Source: Pseudomarimonas arenosa | GTDB lineage: Bacteria; Pseudomonadota; Gammaproteobacteria; Xanthomonadales; Xanthomonadaceae | Reading direction: 5' to 3' | Length of the DNA stretch: 64,000 nucleotides | NCBI RefSeq assembly: GCF_014841215.1 | Contig: NZ_JACYTR010000019.1 | Location: forward strand, 14,177 to 78,176 | In this document: positions 48,819-57,966 of the stretch, piece after piece | Numbering within the stretch: the first letter of the stretch is position 1 | Layout of the letters: each line of letters starts with the position of its first letter | Program-made: the position numbers and the translations under genes | Notes under the pieces: generated by a model | Told to the model about the DNA's origin: nothing | Seen by the model: the letters and a program-made list of their open reading frames with translations, nothing else | Database searches by the model: none

Positions 48819-49853
48819 ATGAAGACCACACCGCACTTGCTTGACGAGCTGGTCAAACTGACCTCGATCCGCGATGCCGAGCTGCTCGAATACAGCCTGC
48901 TGCGCACTATTCAGGAGATCCTCTCGCCGACCGTGCTGTCGCTGTTCCGGCTCAGCGCCAACGGGCAGCCGTGCTATCAGATGGTCTGCGATGCTGAGCA
49001 CGGGCCGCGGGTGGTGGCCGAGCCGGTGGTCAGCGCGCGCACCCTGGAGGTGGCGGCGGAATGCATGGGATTGCGCCAGGGCGTGCGGCGCCGACTGGAT
49101 GACGGCCAGGAGCTGTCGGTGTATCCGGTGGTCGAGCTGCGCGGCTTTACCACCTACCTGGAAGTGGTCGACCGGTTTGGCGACGCCAAGGAGGACGCCC
49201 GACTGATCGATGGCTTCCTGCGCTTCTATGAAAACTACTGTGGCCTGCTCGACTACTCACAGCGTGATCAGTTGACCGGCCTGATGAATCGCAAGACCTT
49301 CGATGAGAGCGTGTTCAAACTGTTCAGCAGCGGTGATCGTTTTCAACTCGACGCCGCAAGCCCACGGGCCAAGGACGATCGTCGAATCGGCGCGCATCGC
49401 GGCGAGTTCTGGCTCGGCATGGTCGATATCGATCACTTCAAGCGCATCAACGATTCGTTTGGTCACTTGTATGGCGATGAGGTCTTGCTGCTGGCCTCGC
49501 AGGTAATGCAGCGCGGTTTTCGCGATACCGACCTGCTCTTTCGCTTCGGTGGCGAGGAGTTTGTCATCATCACCCAGAACGTCGATCGCGACGGCGCCCT
49601 GCATGTGTTCGAGCGTCTGCGGCAATCGATCGAATCATTCCGCTTTCCGCAGGTAGGTCAGGTCACCATCAGTATCGGGCTGGTGCAACTGGTGCCGGGC
49701 AAGCTGACGCCGATCCTGCTCGATCAGGCCGACAAGGCGCTGTACTACGCCAAGCAGCATGGTCGCAATCAGGTGGCTGTCTATCAGGATCTGGTCGAGC
49801 GCGGTGACATCGACGAAACCCAGCACACCCAGGGTTCGGTCGACCTGTTCTAG
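48819..49853 (+). CDS. Diguanylate cyclase (GGDEF domain) with an N-terminal sensory domain
   Basis: GGEEF active-site motif (RFGGEEFVII). RxxD I-site-like context. About 150-aa N-terminal putative GAF-like domain. Confidence 0.85.
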   Translation: MKTTPHLLDELVKLTSIRDAELLEYSLLRTIQEILSPTVLSLFRLSANGQPCYQMVCDAEHGPRVVAEPVVSARTLEVAAECMGLRQGVRRRLDDGQELSVYPVVELRGFTTYLEVVDRFGDAKEDARLIDGFLRFYENYCGLLDYSQRDQLTGLMNRKTFDESVFKLFSSGDRFQLDAASPRAKDDRRIGAHRGEFWLGMVDIDHFKRINDSFGHLYGDEVLLLASQVMQRGFRDTDLLFRFGGEEFVIITQNVDRDGALHVFERLRQSIESFRFPQVGQVTISIGLVQLVPGKLTPILLDQADKALYYAKQHGRNQVAVYQDLVERGDIDETQHTQGSVDLF

Positions 49854-49884
49854 CCCGGCTATTTCATGAGGGGACGCGGATGCC

Positions 49885-50487
49885 ATGGCGGAGGCGATCG
49901 AGCAAATTCTGAACTACTGGTTTGGCGATCACGCTGATGACGTGACCATAGCCAAGTCGCAGGCTTCACTGTGGTGGGGCAAGAATGCCGAAGTCGATGC
50001 CGACATTGGGCAACGCTTCGGAGCCCTGGTGCCGGATGCCGAGGCGGGGCGGCTGAGTGATTGGCAAACTTCGCCGCGCGGCCTGTTGGCCCTGATCCTG
50101 CTCACTGATCAATTTCCGCGCAATGTCTACCGTGACCAGGCGATGGCTTTCCATTTTGATCCGGTGGCGCGCTGGTTCTGCCTGGAGGGTCTGATGCACG
50201 GCGTCGATCGCCGCCTGCGGCCGATCCAGCGCGCCTTCTTCTACCTGCCGCTGGAACACGCCGAGGATCTCGCACTGCAGAATCGCAGTGTCGAACTGTT
50301 CGAAGCCCTGGTCAGCGAGGTGCCGGCCGCCGCGCAGTCAACCTTCAAGGGCTACCTCGACTTCGCCCGCCAGCACCAGCGCATCATTCAGCGCTTTGGC
50401 CGATTCCCACATCGGAACGCCGTGTTAGGCAGGGCGTCGACCGAGCAGGAGCTGGATTTTCTGCAACAGCCCGGTTCCTCGTTCTGA
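49885..50487 (+). CDS. DUF924-family protein
   Basis: 200-aa soluble protein with a DUF924-like profile (WWGKN ... DQFPRN). Confidence 0.6.
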   Translation: MAEAIEQILNYWFGDHADDVTIAKSQASLWWGKNAEVDADIGQRFGALVPDAEAGRLSDWQTSPRGLLALILLTDQFPRNVYRDQAMAFHFDPVARWFCLEGLMHGVDRRLRPIQRAFFYLPLEHAEDLALQNRSVELFEALVSEVPAAAQSTFKGYLDFARQHQRIIQRFGRFPHRNAVLGRASTEQELDFLQQPGSSF

Positions 50488-50494
50488 GCAGGAG

Positions 50495-50992
50495 TCAGGC
50501 CAGACTGGCGTTGGCCTCATAGTCGATATGTTCAAGTCCCAGGCCTTCCATCGCCTGATCGAATTCCTGGCTGCGGTCTTCATCCATATCGAGCACCAGC
50601 AACACTTCGCCTTGCTCGATTCGCTGCTCGAAGCGCCGATGCACCTCATTCGGTACGCCAGCACCGGCCAGGGCCGCCGACCAACCGCCGACGGTGGCGC
50701 CGAGCAGGGTGATCAGGCCGGCGCCGACGATGGTCAGACCCAGACCGGGCACCGCCATTGCTGCCAGCCCAGCTACCAGGCCCATGGCGCCACCGCCCAA
50801 TGTGCCGCGCGCCATCGCGGGACGAATGTCGGTCGGTGAGCTTTCCTTCAATTCTGCTGGAAGCTTGTCCAATGATTCACTGCGTGTGATCAGGCCGATA
50901 TCGCGATCCTCGGCGCCGAGTTGCCGGGCGGCCTGCACGCAGCGCACGCCATCGGCCAGCGAACGGGTGGCGTAGACATGGCGAATCTTCAT
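50495..50992 (-). CDS. Small membrane protein with glycine-zipper TM segments (DUF1269-like)
   Basis: Central Gly/Ala-rich TM hairpin (GGGAMGLVAGLAAMAVPGLGLTIVGAGLITLLGATVGG). Family name uncertain. Confidence 0.4.
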   Translation of the reverse strand: MKIRHVYATRSLADGVRCVQAARQLGAEDRDIGLITRSESLDKLPAELKESSPTDIRPAMARGTLGGGAMGLVAGLAAMAVPGLGLTIVGAGLITLLGATVGGWSAALAGAGVPNEVHRRFEQRIEQGEVLLVLDMDEDRSQEFDQAMEGLGLEHIDYEANASLA

Positions 50993-51362
50993 GCGGGTCT
51001 CCTTTCTTCGTTTGGTTCAACAGGGCGCTGAGCGCCGTCCATCCCGGAGCTCGTCAGCGCAAGCAGTTGCGGCAAAGCCGCATCGCCTTGGAAGGGAAGC
51101 AAACAAACAATTGAGTGTTCGATTCCTTTGGCGCGCCATCCGTGGCTCGCGACTGCAGCTGCTGAAAGCACTCAGCAGCCAGCGCAAGCCTATCGCACCC
51201 AGAGTCAAGCCAACGGCAAGCTGATTGTTAATAACATGCCGTTCAACCTAACTGCGGTTGTGGTCTTGGTTGGACGAGGCTGCGCCGCCGATCGATCACG
51301 GTTGCATACCCGAGTACACTGAGTACCGGCGACGGAGTAGGTCGCGGCTGCAGGGAGGCGAC

Positions 51363-52106
51363 ATGAACCTCCAATCCAGCGTTTGGTGGCTTCTGCTGTG
51401 CAGCAGTTTGGCCACCGCAAGTGCGATCAGCGCCGAGTCGCGCGAGTATGCGGCAGGGCGGCGCGCCATGCTGGACGAAATCGCCGCCGATGCCCGCCGC
51501 ACCGCGTTTGATACAGGCCGCAGTCGATTCTCCGAGCCCGTCATGCAGGCCATGCAGCGCGTGCCGCGACATGCCTTCGTACCCGAGCAGTACCGCACGG
51601 TGGCCTATGCCAATCGACCACTGCCGATCGGCCATGGCCAGACCATTTCGCAGCCCTATATCGTCGCCTTGATGAGCGACCTGCTCGATATCGAGCCCGG
51701 CGATAGGGTGCTGGAAATCGGTACCGGATCCGGCTACCAGGCTGCAGTCCTGGCTGAACTCGATGCTAAGGTGTTCAGTATCGAGATCATAGAGCCGTTG
51801 GCCAAGCAGGCGGCCGAGCGCCTGCCTGAACTTGGTTACCGCAGTATCGAGCTGCGCCATGCCGACGGCTACTACGGTTGGCAGGAAGCGGCGCCCTTCG
51901 ATGCCATCATCGTTACTGCGGCAGCCAATTCAGTGCCGCCGCCGCTGATTCGCCAGCTCAAACCGGGCGGCGTACTGGTGATCCCGGTCGGCGCACCGTT
52001 CCTGACCCAGAGTCTGATCAAGGTGGAGAAGACCGCGGCGGGCGAGTTGCACACGCAAAGAATTCTGCCGGTGCGCTTCGTACCCCTGACCGGTGAGCGC
52101 GAGTGA
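51363..52106 (+). CDS. pcm: Protein-L-isoaspartate(D-aspartate) O-methyltransferase (Pcm) with a predicted signal peptide
   Basis: PCMT motifs (VLEIGTGSGYQAAVLAEL, region II/III). N-terminal MNLQSSVWWLLLCSSLATASAISA looks like a secretion signal. ATG 51363 preceded by AGGGAGG. Confidence 0.85.
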   Translation: MNLQSSVWWLLLCSSLATASAISAESREYAAGRRAMLDEIAADARRTAFDTGRSRFSEPVMQAMQRVPRHAFVPEQYRTVAYANRPLPIGHGQTISQPYIVALMSDLLDIEPGDRVLEIGTGSGYQAAVLAELDAKVFSIEIIEPLAKQAAERLPELGYRSIELRHADGYYGWQEAAPFDAIIVTAAANSVPPPLIRQLKPGGVLVIPVGAPFLTQSLIKVEKTAAGELHTQRILPVRFVPLTGERE

Positions 52107-52114
52107 ACTGAATC

Positions 52115-54508
52115 ATGGACAGCTCGCCGGCCCGACCTGCGCAGCCGATCGGTCTGCTGCTGTCGGTTGCCTGTATCGCAGCGGCCGCCCTGGCCTATCA
52201 AATCGTGCTGATGCGCTTCTATGCCGTGCTGCATTGGCAGTGGTTCGCAGCGATGATCGTCAGCCTGGCCCTGCTCGGTCATGGTTTGAGCGGCAGCCTG
52301 CTGGCCTTGCGCAGCGCCGCCTTCGGGCGCTGTTTTGACTGGCTGTACCCGTGGTTGGCGGTGGCCTTTGCGCTGAGCATGCCGCTCGCCTTTGCGATCG
52401 CCCAGCGCTGGCCGTTCAACGGCCTGGAGCTGATCTGGGACCCGGCTCAGCTGGCTTGGTTGGCGCTGAGTTATCTCTGCCTTAGCCTGCCGTTTGCCTG
52501 CGCCGCGGCCTGCTTCGGGTTGGCCTTTATTCGCTATGGTGCGGCGATCCCGCGGCTGTATGCCGCCGACCTGTTCGGCGCTGGTCTCGGCGCCCTGGGC
52601 GTGCTGTGGCTGATGCAGGCCTTGCCCCTACGCCACTGGCTGCCTGCGCTCGGGCTGCTGGCGGTGTTCGGCGCCTGGCTGGGCAGTGCCGGCCTGTCGA
52701 TCGCGCGGCGCAGCAGCCTGTTGGCGCTGGGTCTGCTGCTCCTGCCGCCATCGTGGACCGCGGTGGAACCCAATCCCTACAAGGGGCTGAGCGCCACGTT
52801 GCGACTGCCGGGCGCCGAGCGGCTCGAGCGTCAAGCCGGGCCGCTCGGTGTACTGGATCTGCTGGCCAGTCCCGAGGTGCCGCTGCGTCAGGTGGCCGGC
52901 CTGTCGATGCTGGCTGACCGCGAGCCGGTGGCTCAGCTGGGCCTGTTCATTGATGGCGAGGGGCCGAGTCCGATCAGTCAGGTGGTCGATGTCGATCGAC
53001 TGGGCTACCTGGAGCAAACCACCGCCGCCTTGCCGTATCAGTTACTCAGCGCGCCCAGCGTATTGATCCTCGGCGCAGGCGGCGGCGATGCCGGCTGGCA
53101 GGCCTTACGCGGCGGTGCACGCTCGCTGCAGCTGGTGGAACCCAATGCTCAGTTGGCGGCCTGGCTGGATACGCCTGGCTCGCCGGCTTACTCGGCGCTG
53201 ATCGCTGACCTGCGAGTGCAGCGCCGGGTGGCTGATCCGCGTGCCGTGCTCGATCGGGCCGAGCGGCGCTACGATCTGATCGTGTTGCCGCCGCCCGATA
53301 GTCCGATCGGCGCTGGCGGCGGGGTGCAGGCGGCCTCGGACACCTTTCTTTACACCATCGAGGCGCTGCGCTCGGCCTGGCATGGGCTGCAACCGAACGG
53401 CATGATCAGTATCAGCCGTTGGGAGCAAAGCCCGCCGCGGGCCAGTCTGAAGCTGATCGCCACTGCCGTGGCAGCGTTGCGCGATCTCGGTGTCAGCGAT
53501 CCAGCGGCTCATCTGCTGCTGATCCGCGATTGGCAGACCAGCGTACTGCTGATCGGGCGTCGGCCCTTCAGCGCCGAGCAGCAGGCCGCGGCACAATCGT
53601 TTTGCCGCCGCTACGCCTTCGAGACGGTTCATCTGGCCGGTCTGGACCTGTCTGATCTGCAATCGAACGATAGGCTAAGGGAGGCGGTGCGGGCTGTGCT
53701 GGGCGCAGATGCCGAGCGGTTCATCGCCGAGTATGCGTTCGATATTCGCCCGGCCAAGGATGAGCGGCCGTTCTTTCACAACTACTTTCGCTGGCAGACC
53801 CTGCCGGTACTATGGCGGCTGCGCGCCCAGGGCGGCGCGACCCTGCTCGATTCGGGCTATCTGTTGGTGCTGGCGGGCCTGGTCCAGGCCAGCCTGCTGG
53901 CCGCATTGCTGATCTTGCTGCCACTGCGCTGGTTGCCGCGCGCCGCCCGTGCATCGACCTCGGCACTGCGCCGCTGGCCGGCCGCCGCGTACTTCTTCGC
54001 CCTGGGCCTCGGCTTCTTATTCTTCGAGATCGCCGCCCTGTCGCGCTACACGCTGTATCTTGGTCAGCCGCTGTGGTCGGCCTCCCTGGTTCTGGCCGGG
54101 CTGTTGGGGTTTGCCGGTGTGGGCAGTGCCACTGCCCAACGTTGGACGACCCGACCGATGGCGCGGCGTATCGCGGCGTTAAGTGCCGCCGTTGCCATCC
54201 TGGCGTTCGAGTGGCTGCATCCGGCCTGGTTTGCCCTCAGCGCGAACTGGCCGGTGTGGGCGCGCGCGCTCAGCGGTGGCCTGTTGCTGGCGCCCTGCGC
54301 CTTTCTGCTCGGCCTGCCGTTTCCGCTCGGCCTCAGCCGCCTCGCCACGCATGCCCCGGCCCTGGTGCCCTGGGCCTGGGGCATCAATGGCGTGGCCTCG
54401 GTGATCAGTGCCCTGCTGGCCGTGGTGCTGGCCATGGCCTGGGGCTATTCGGTGATCATGCTGATTGCCGCTGGCTTGTATGTGCTGGCGGCGTGGTCGC
54501 GGTTTTGA
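52115..54508 (+). CDS. Polytopic membrane protein with a central spermidine-synthase-like (aminopropyltransferase/methyltransferase-fold) domain
   Basis: About 797 aa. Multi-TM N- and C-terminal blocks flank a soluble region resembling the spermine/spermidine synthase fold (VLILGAGGGD ... DLIVLPPPDSP). Confidence 0.5.
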   Translation: MDSSPARPAQPIGLLLSVACIAAAALAYQIVLMRFYAVLHWQWFAAMIVSLALLGHGLSGSLLALRSAAFGRCFDWLYPWLAVAFALSMPLAFAIAQRWPFNGLELIWDPAQLAWLALSYLCLSLPFACAAACFGLAFIRYGAAIPRLYAADLFGAGLGALGVLWLMQALPLRHWLPALGLLAVFGAWLGSAGLSIARRSSLLALGLLLLPPSWTAVEPNPYKGLSATLRLPGAERLERQAGPLGVLDLLASPEVPLRQVAGLSMLADREPVAQLGLFIDGEGPSPISQVVDVDRLGYLEQTTAALPYQLLSAPSVLILGAGGGDAGWQALRGGARSLQLVEPNAQLAAWLDTPGSPAYSALIADLRVQRRVADPRAVLDRAERRYDLIVLPPPDSPIGAGGGVQAASDTFLYTIEALRSAWHGLQPNGMISISRWEQSPPRASLKLIATAVAALRDLGVSDPAAHLLLIRDWQTSVLLIGRRPFSAEQQAAAQSFCRRYAFETVHLAGLDLSDLQSNDRLREAVRAVLGADAERFIAEYAFDIRPAKDERPFFHNYFRWQTLPVLWRLRAQGGATLLDSGYLLVLAGLVQASLLAALLILLPLRWLPRAARASTSALRRWPAAAYFFALGLGFLFFEIAALSRYTLYLGQPLWSASLVLAGLLGFAGVGSATAQRWTTRPMARRIAALSAAVAILAFEWLHPAWFALSANWPVWARALSGGLLLAPCAFLLGLPFPLGLSRLATHAPALVPWAWGINGVASVISALLAVVLAMAWGYSVIMLIAAGLYVLAAWSRF

Positions 54509-54533
54509 GCGCTTCGGCGAGTGCGGCACGTCT

Positions 54534-55898
54534 TCAATCGGCACCGGCCAAGGCTGAACGCAATAGACCGCTGCGCAGCAAGTTGGCCACCGCCTCGCCG
54601 GGCAGCTGAGTGCTGGGGACCTTTGTCCCCGCCAGTGGAAACAGATCGCGTAGCAGACGTCCGCCCAGAAAGGCGGCACGTTGTCCATTGTCCGTGCAGA
54701 CCAGGGTAGGGCGCAGGGCGATGCGATCGGTCAGGGCGCAGGGCGCGTCTTCCCAGTGTGTGGTCTCACCCAGCTGTAGCCAGCGCGGCAGCTCCAGCGG
54801 CGAAGCGGCTGCATGCGTGTCCTGGGTTTCAAGCTCCGTGCCAGAGCGATCGCGCCAGAACGCACTGCTGATGCCCGCTGCGGCATAGTGCTGCTGCGCG
54901 AAGCGCCGGTGTCGGTTGGCAGTGTCACACAATGCCTGCTGATAAAAAGCCAGGGCCGCATTGCGGTCTGCCGAATAGTGCAAGGCGGTGTTCAGTACCA
55001 GGGCGGCCAATAGGGCCGTCTGGATCGCCACCTGCACCCCGCTGGCGGCCAGCGGATCGATCTGCAACGCTGCATCGCCCACCGCCAACAGGCCGTCAGG
55101 CAGGGGCCAGTCGATCTGCGCGGCGCTGGCATCGACCGCCAACACGCGTCCATGATCGGCCGAGATTTCGCCCTGATCGAGAATCTCGCTGTCGACAACC
55201 GCTTGCCGATACGCTGCTGCCAAGGATGAAGCAGCGCGCTGGCGGCGTAGTTCGGTCGCGTCCTTGAACACAAAGATCCGACTCATGCCGGCTGGCAAGG
55301 GGACGCGCCACAGCCAGCCCTGTGCCGTTGCCGCCAGCCGTGGCGAGGGCGGCAGTTGCGGCCACTCGGCATGCATTGCCCAGGTACTGGCGCCGACATG
55401 CCGCAGCGGCAGTCGCAGCGCGCGCTGCCGGCCGCTGGCGTCGATCAGCCAGCGGCACTGAACGTCGCGTTGAGTTGTGTCATGGCCTAGCCTGAGTCGC
55501 CAGCCCTGCTCCATCTGGCTTCGATGGAGCAAGCGCGCGGGCTGCCAGACCTCGGCTCCATGCGCCTGTGCCATGCGCAGCAACAGGGCATCGAACGCGC
55601 CGCGATCGACCAGCAGGCCAGGGTATGGGTCGTGCCGAGTCTGCCATTCGCTGCCCCAACGAATACCGATTTCATCGGCGACAGGAAAGCGCAGTGCGGC
55701 GATGGCCTCGCCGATACCGAGCGACTGCAGCTGCTGCAGGCAACCGGCACTGATCGACTCGCCTAGGCGTGGCCGAGGAAACGGCTCGCGCTCGACGATC
55801 AGGCTGCGCAGACCAAGCTGAGCACAGCGCAGGCCCAACACACTGCCGGCCGGGCCGGCGCCGAGGATCACGAGGTCGTAGTGGGGTCGAGCAGTCAA
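54534..55898 (-). CDS. FAD-dependent oxidoreductase (halogenase / geranylgeranyl-reductase / UbiH-like fold)
   Basis: N-terminal YDLVILGAGPAGS dinucleotide-binding motif. About 454 aa. Confidence 0.7.
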   Translation of the reverse strand: MTARPHYDLVILGAGPAGSVLGLRCAQLGLRSLIVEREPFPRPRLGESISAGCLQQLQSLGIGEAIAALRFPVADEIGIRWGSEWQTRHDPYPGLLVDRGAFDALLLRMAQAHGAEVWQPARLLHRSQMEQGWRLRLGHDTTQRDVQCRWLIDASGRQRALRLPLRHVGASTWAMHAEWPQLPPSPRLAATAQGWLWRVPLPAGMSRIFVFKDATELRRQRAASSLAAAYRQAVVDSEILDQGEISADHGRVLAVDASAAQIDWPLPDGLLAVGDAALQIDPLAASGVQVAIQTALLAALVLNTALHYSADRNAALAFYQQALCDTANRHRRFAQQHYAAAGISSAFWRDRSGTELETQDTHAAASPLELPRWLQLGETTHWEDAPCALTDRIALRPTLVCTDNGQRAAFLGGRLLRDLFPLAGTKVPSTQLPGEAVANLLRSGLLRSALAGAD

Positions 55899-55987
55899 GG
55901 CTGCAGACCGCCTGCTCGCCGCGGAACTCCCTTGCCGATGGTTGGGGAGGCTGCAGGGGTTCGGCAGCCGATCTTTCTCCGCCTAGG

Positions 55988-56550
55988 GGGCTGGCGTAGC
56001 GAGGTGCCTGGGTAGGGGGAAGTGTTTTCGGCGCCCCGGTTTCCCCCTCTCCCCAACCCCTCCCCCGCCAGGGGGGAGGGGCTATAAGAAGGGGCTTGGC
56101 GTAGCGAGGTGCCTGGGTGTGGGGAAGTGTTTTCGGTGCCCCGGTTTCCCCCTCTCCCCAACCCCTTCCCCGCCAGGGGGGAGGGGCTATGAGGGGCGTG
56201 GCGCAGCGAGGTGCCTGGGTAGGGGGAAGTGTTTTCGGCGCTTCGGTTTCCCCCTCTCCCCAACCCCTCCCCCGCCCGGGGGGAGGGGCTATGAGGGGCG
56301 TGGCGTAGCGAGGTGGCTGGGTAGGGGGAAGTGTTTTCGGTGCCCCGGTTTCCCCCTCTCCCCAACCCCTCCCCCGCCCGGGGGGAGGGGCTATAAGAAG
56401 GGGCGTGGCGTAGCGAGGTGGCTGGGTAGGGGGAAGTGTTTTCGGTGCCCCGGTTTCCCCCTCTCCCCAACCCCTCCCCCGCCCGGGGGGAGGGGCTATA
56501 AGAAGGGGCTTGGCGTAGCGAGGTTCCTGGGTAGGGGGAGATGCCTTCGG
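55988..56550. repeat. Tandem array of about 5.5 copies of a 102 to 104-bp unit, each with two GC-rich hairpins (GGGGGAA..N19..TTCCCCC and CCCCTCCCCCGCC(A/C)GGGGGGAGGGG)
   Basis: Units start with GGGC(T/G)TGGCGTAGCGAGGTGCCTGGGTAGGGGGAAGTGTTTTCGG. They are head-to-tail, more than 90% identical, and the last copy degenerates toward 56630. Both strands give long ORFs that are simply translations of the repeat. Confidence 0.85.
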
Positions 56551-56592
56551 ATTCCCGAACGCTCTCTGTTCTCAACCCCTGCATCGACAAGT

Positions 56593-57966
56593 TCAGCACG
56601 AATCCCCCGCCAGGGCGGAGGGCCTACAACGAGGTGTTTGGTTGAGTCGCAGCCAGGCCCCCAGGCAATGCAGCAACCAGCCGCGGATGTAGTCGCAGGC
56701 CGGGCGGCCGCGGGCGATGACTTCGTGGTGGCAGCCGCCGCCGCAAAGATAGCGGGCCCAGCAGCTTGAACATGGACTTTGCGCGTGGACATGACGTTGG
56801 CGCAGCCAGTTCGCCTGCTTGCCACGATCGATGCCATCCTCGATATCGCCAAGCACGGCGCTGCTATCACCGACAAAGCGATGACAGGCGGCCAACTGGC
56901 CCTCGGCATCCACGCCGAGATAGCCGGCGCCGGCGCCGCAGGGGTAGGGGCGGTGGGTGCCGCGGCCGAGTTCGCGCAGGGCGTTCATCAAATTGGCAAA
57001 GGCATAACGTCGACCTTGGGCGAGCTGTTGCTCGGCGTGCTCGGCGCAGGCGATCATCTGGCCCAGCAGCACACGCAGATCGTCGGCGCCCATTTCCATC
57101 TGGCCGTTCGGCGCATGCAGCATCGGTGAGTAGCCGACGCTGTGAAAGCCGAGGCCGAGCATCGCATCCAGTCCCTCGGGGGTGGGCAGATTGTGCGGTG
57201 TCACCGTCACCCGCGCTGACACCTGCATCTCGCCCTGCCGCGCCAGCAAGGGCTCGATGCGTTGCAGGATGCGCGCGTAGCTGCCTTGGCCATTCGGAAA
57301 CGGCCGTAGACGGTCGTGCTCGGCGGCGTCGCCGTCCAGGCTGATAGTGACGGCGAATCGATGTCGCTGGAACAGCTCGATATCGTCATCGCGGATCAGG
57401 GTGCCATTGCTGGTGATGGAAAAGCTGAGCGCGATGCCGGCCGCCGCAGCACGTTCGGCGGCATAAGCCGTGGTAGCGTGCAGGACGCTGCGATTGGCCA
57501 ACGGCTCGCCGCCCATAAAGGCGAGATTGGCCTTGCCCAGTGGCGCGGCGTCGGTCAGCAAGCGGTCGACCGAACGCTGCGCCACCTGCAGAGACATCGC
57601 TTTCGGCGCTGCCCCAAAACCGCCTTGCTGGGCATAGCAGTACTGGCAGCCGAGATTGCAGCGCTGCGCCACTGCCAGGCTGAGGGCGTGCAGGGGCGGT
57701 TCTTCCGGTGCGCGATCGTCGATTGCCCGACGCGGGTCGACGCCCCAGCGACTTAACAAAGTGCTGCGCTCTATGTCGTCGCCTTGGTGCCAATCCTGGG
57801 CCGCCTGATCGGCGATATCGAACAGCTGCGAGGCATTGCAGACCAGCAGCTGCGCGCCATCGGGGCCCTGAAACAGATGGCCATGGGCCGACTGTGGTCG
57901 ACTGGCCGCGATCGCGCGCTCGGCCCGCGAGCGCGCGGCCAGGCCGTGCTCAGGGCTCAGGGGCAT
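56593..57966 (-). CDS. Radical SAM enzyme with a C-terminal SPASM domain (peptide/protein-modifying maturase family; anSME/PqqE-like)
   Basis: CNLGCQYC (CxxxCxxC) cluster. Auxiliary-cluster Cys patterns near the C-terminus (CGAG ... C ... CSSCWARYLCGGGCHH). About 110-aa N-terminal extension before the radical-SAM core. Confidence 0.85.
   Translation of the reverse strand: MPLSPEHGLAARSRAERAIAASRPQSAHGHLFQGPDGAQLLVCNASQLFDIADQAAQDWHQGDDIERSTLLSRWGVDPRRAIDDRAPEEPPLHALSLAVAQRCNLGCQYCYAQQGGFGAAPKAMSLQVAQRSVDRLLTDAAPLGKANLAFMGGEPLANRSVLHATTAYAAERAAAAGIALSFSITSNGTLIRDDDIELFQRHRFAVTISLDGDAAEHDRLRPFPNGQGSYARILQRIEPLLARQGEMQVSARVTVTPHNLPTPEGLDAMLGLGFHSVGYSPMLHAPNGQMEMGADDLRVLLGQMIACAEHAEQQLAQGRRYAFANLMNALRELGRGTHRPYPCGAGAGYLGVDAEGQLAACHRFVGDSSAVLGDIEDGIDRGKQANWLRQRHVHAQSPCSSCWARYLCGGGCHHEVIARGRPACDYIRGWLLHCLGAWLRLNQTPRCRPSALAGDSC

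Noticed and set aside
47036-48907. 623-aa minus-strand ORF, and similar antisense ORFs at 45236-46159
   Set aside because: Embedded antisense in the giant ATPase gene, whose Walker motifs fix the coding strand.
55988-56550. Possible CRISPR array
   Set aside because: Repeat units are about 103 bp and abut each other without unique spacers. No cas genes nearby. This is a tandem minisatellite/REP array.
55895-56769. Long ORFs on both strands (234 aa minus, 216 aa plus) encoding Pro/Gly/Arg-rich repeat proteins
   Set aside because: They are direct translations of the 103-bp tandem DNA repeat. Periodicity and composition follow the DNA repeat. No start context.  I treat them as non-coding.
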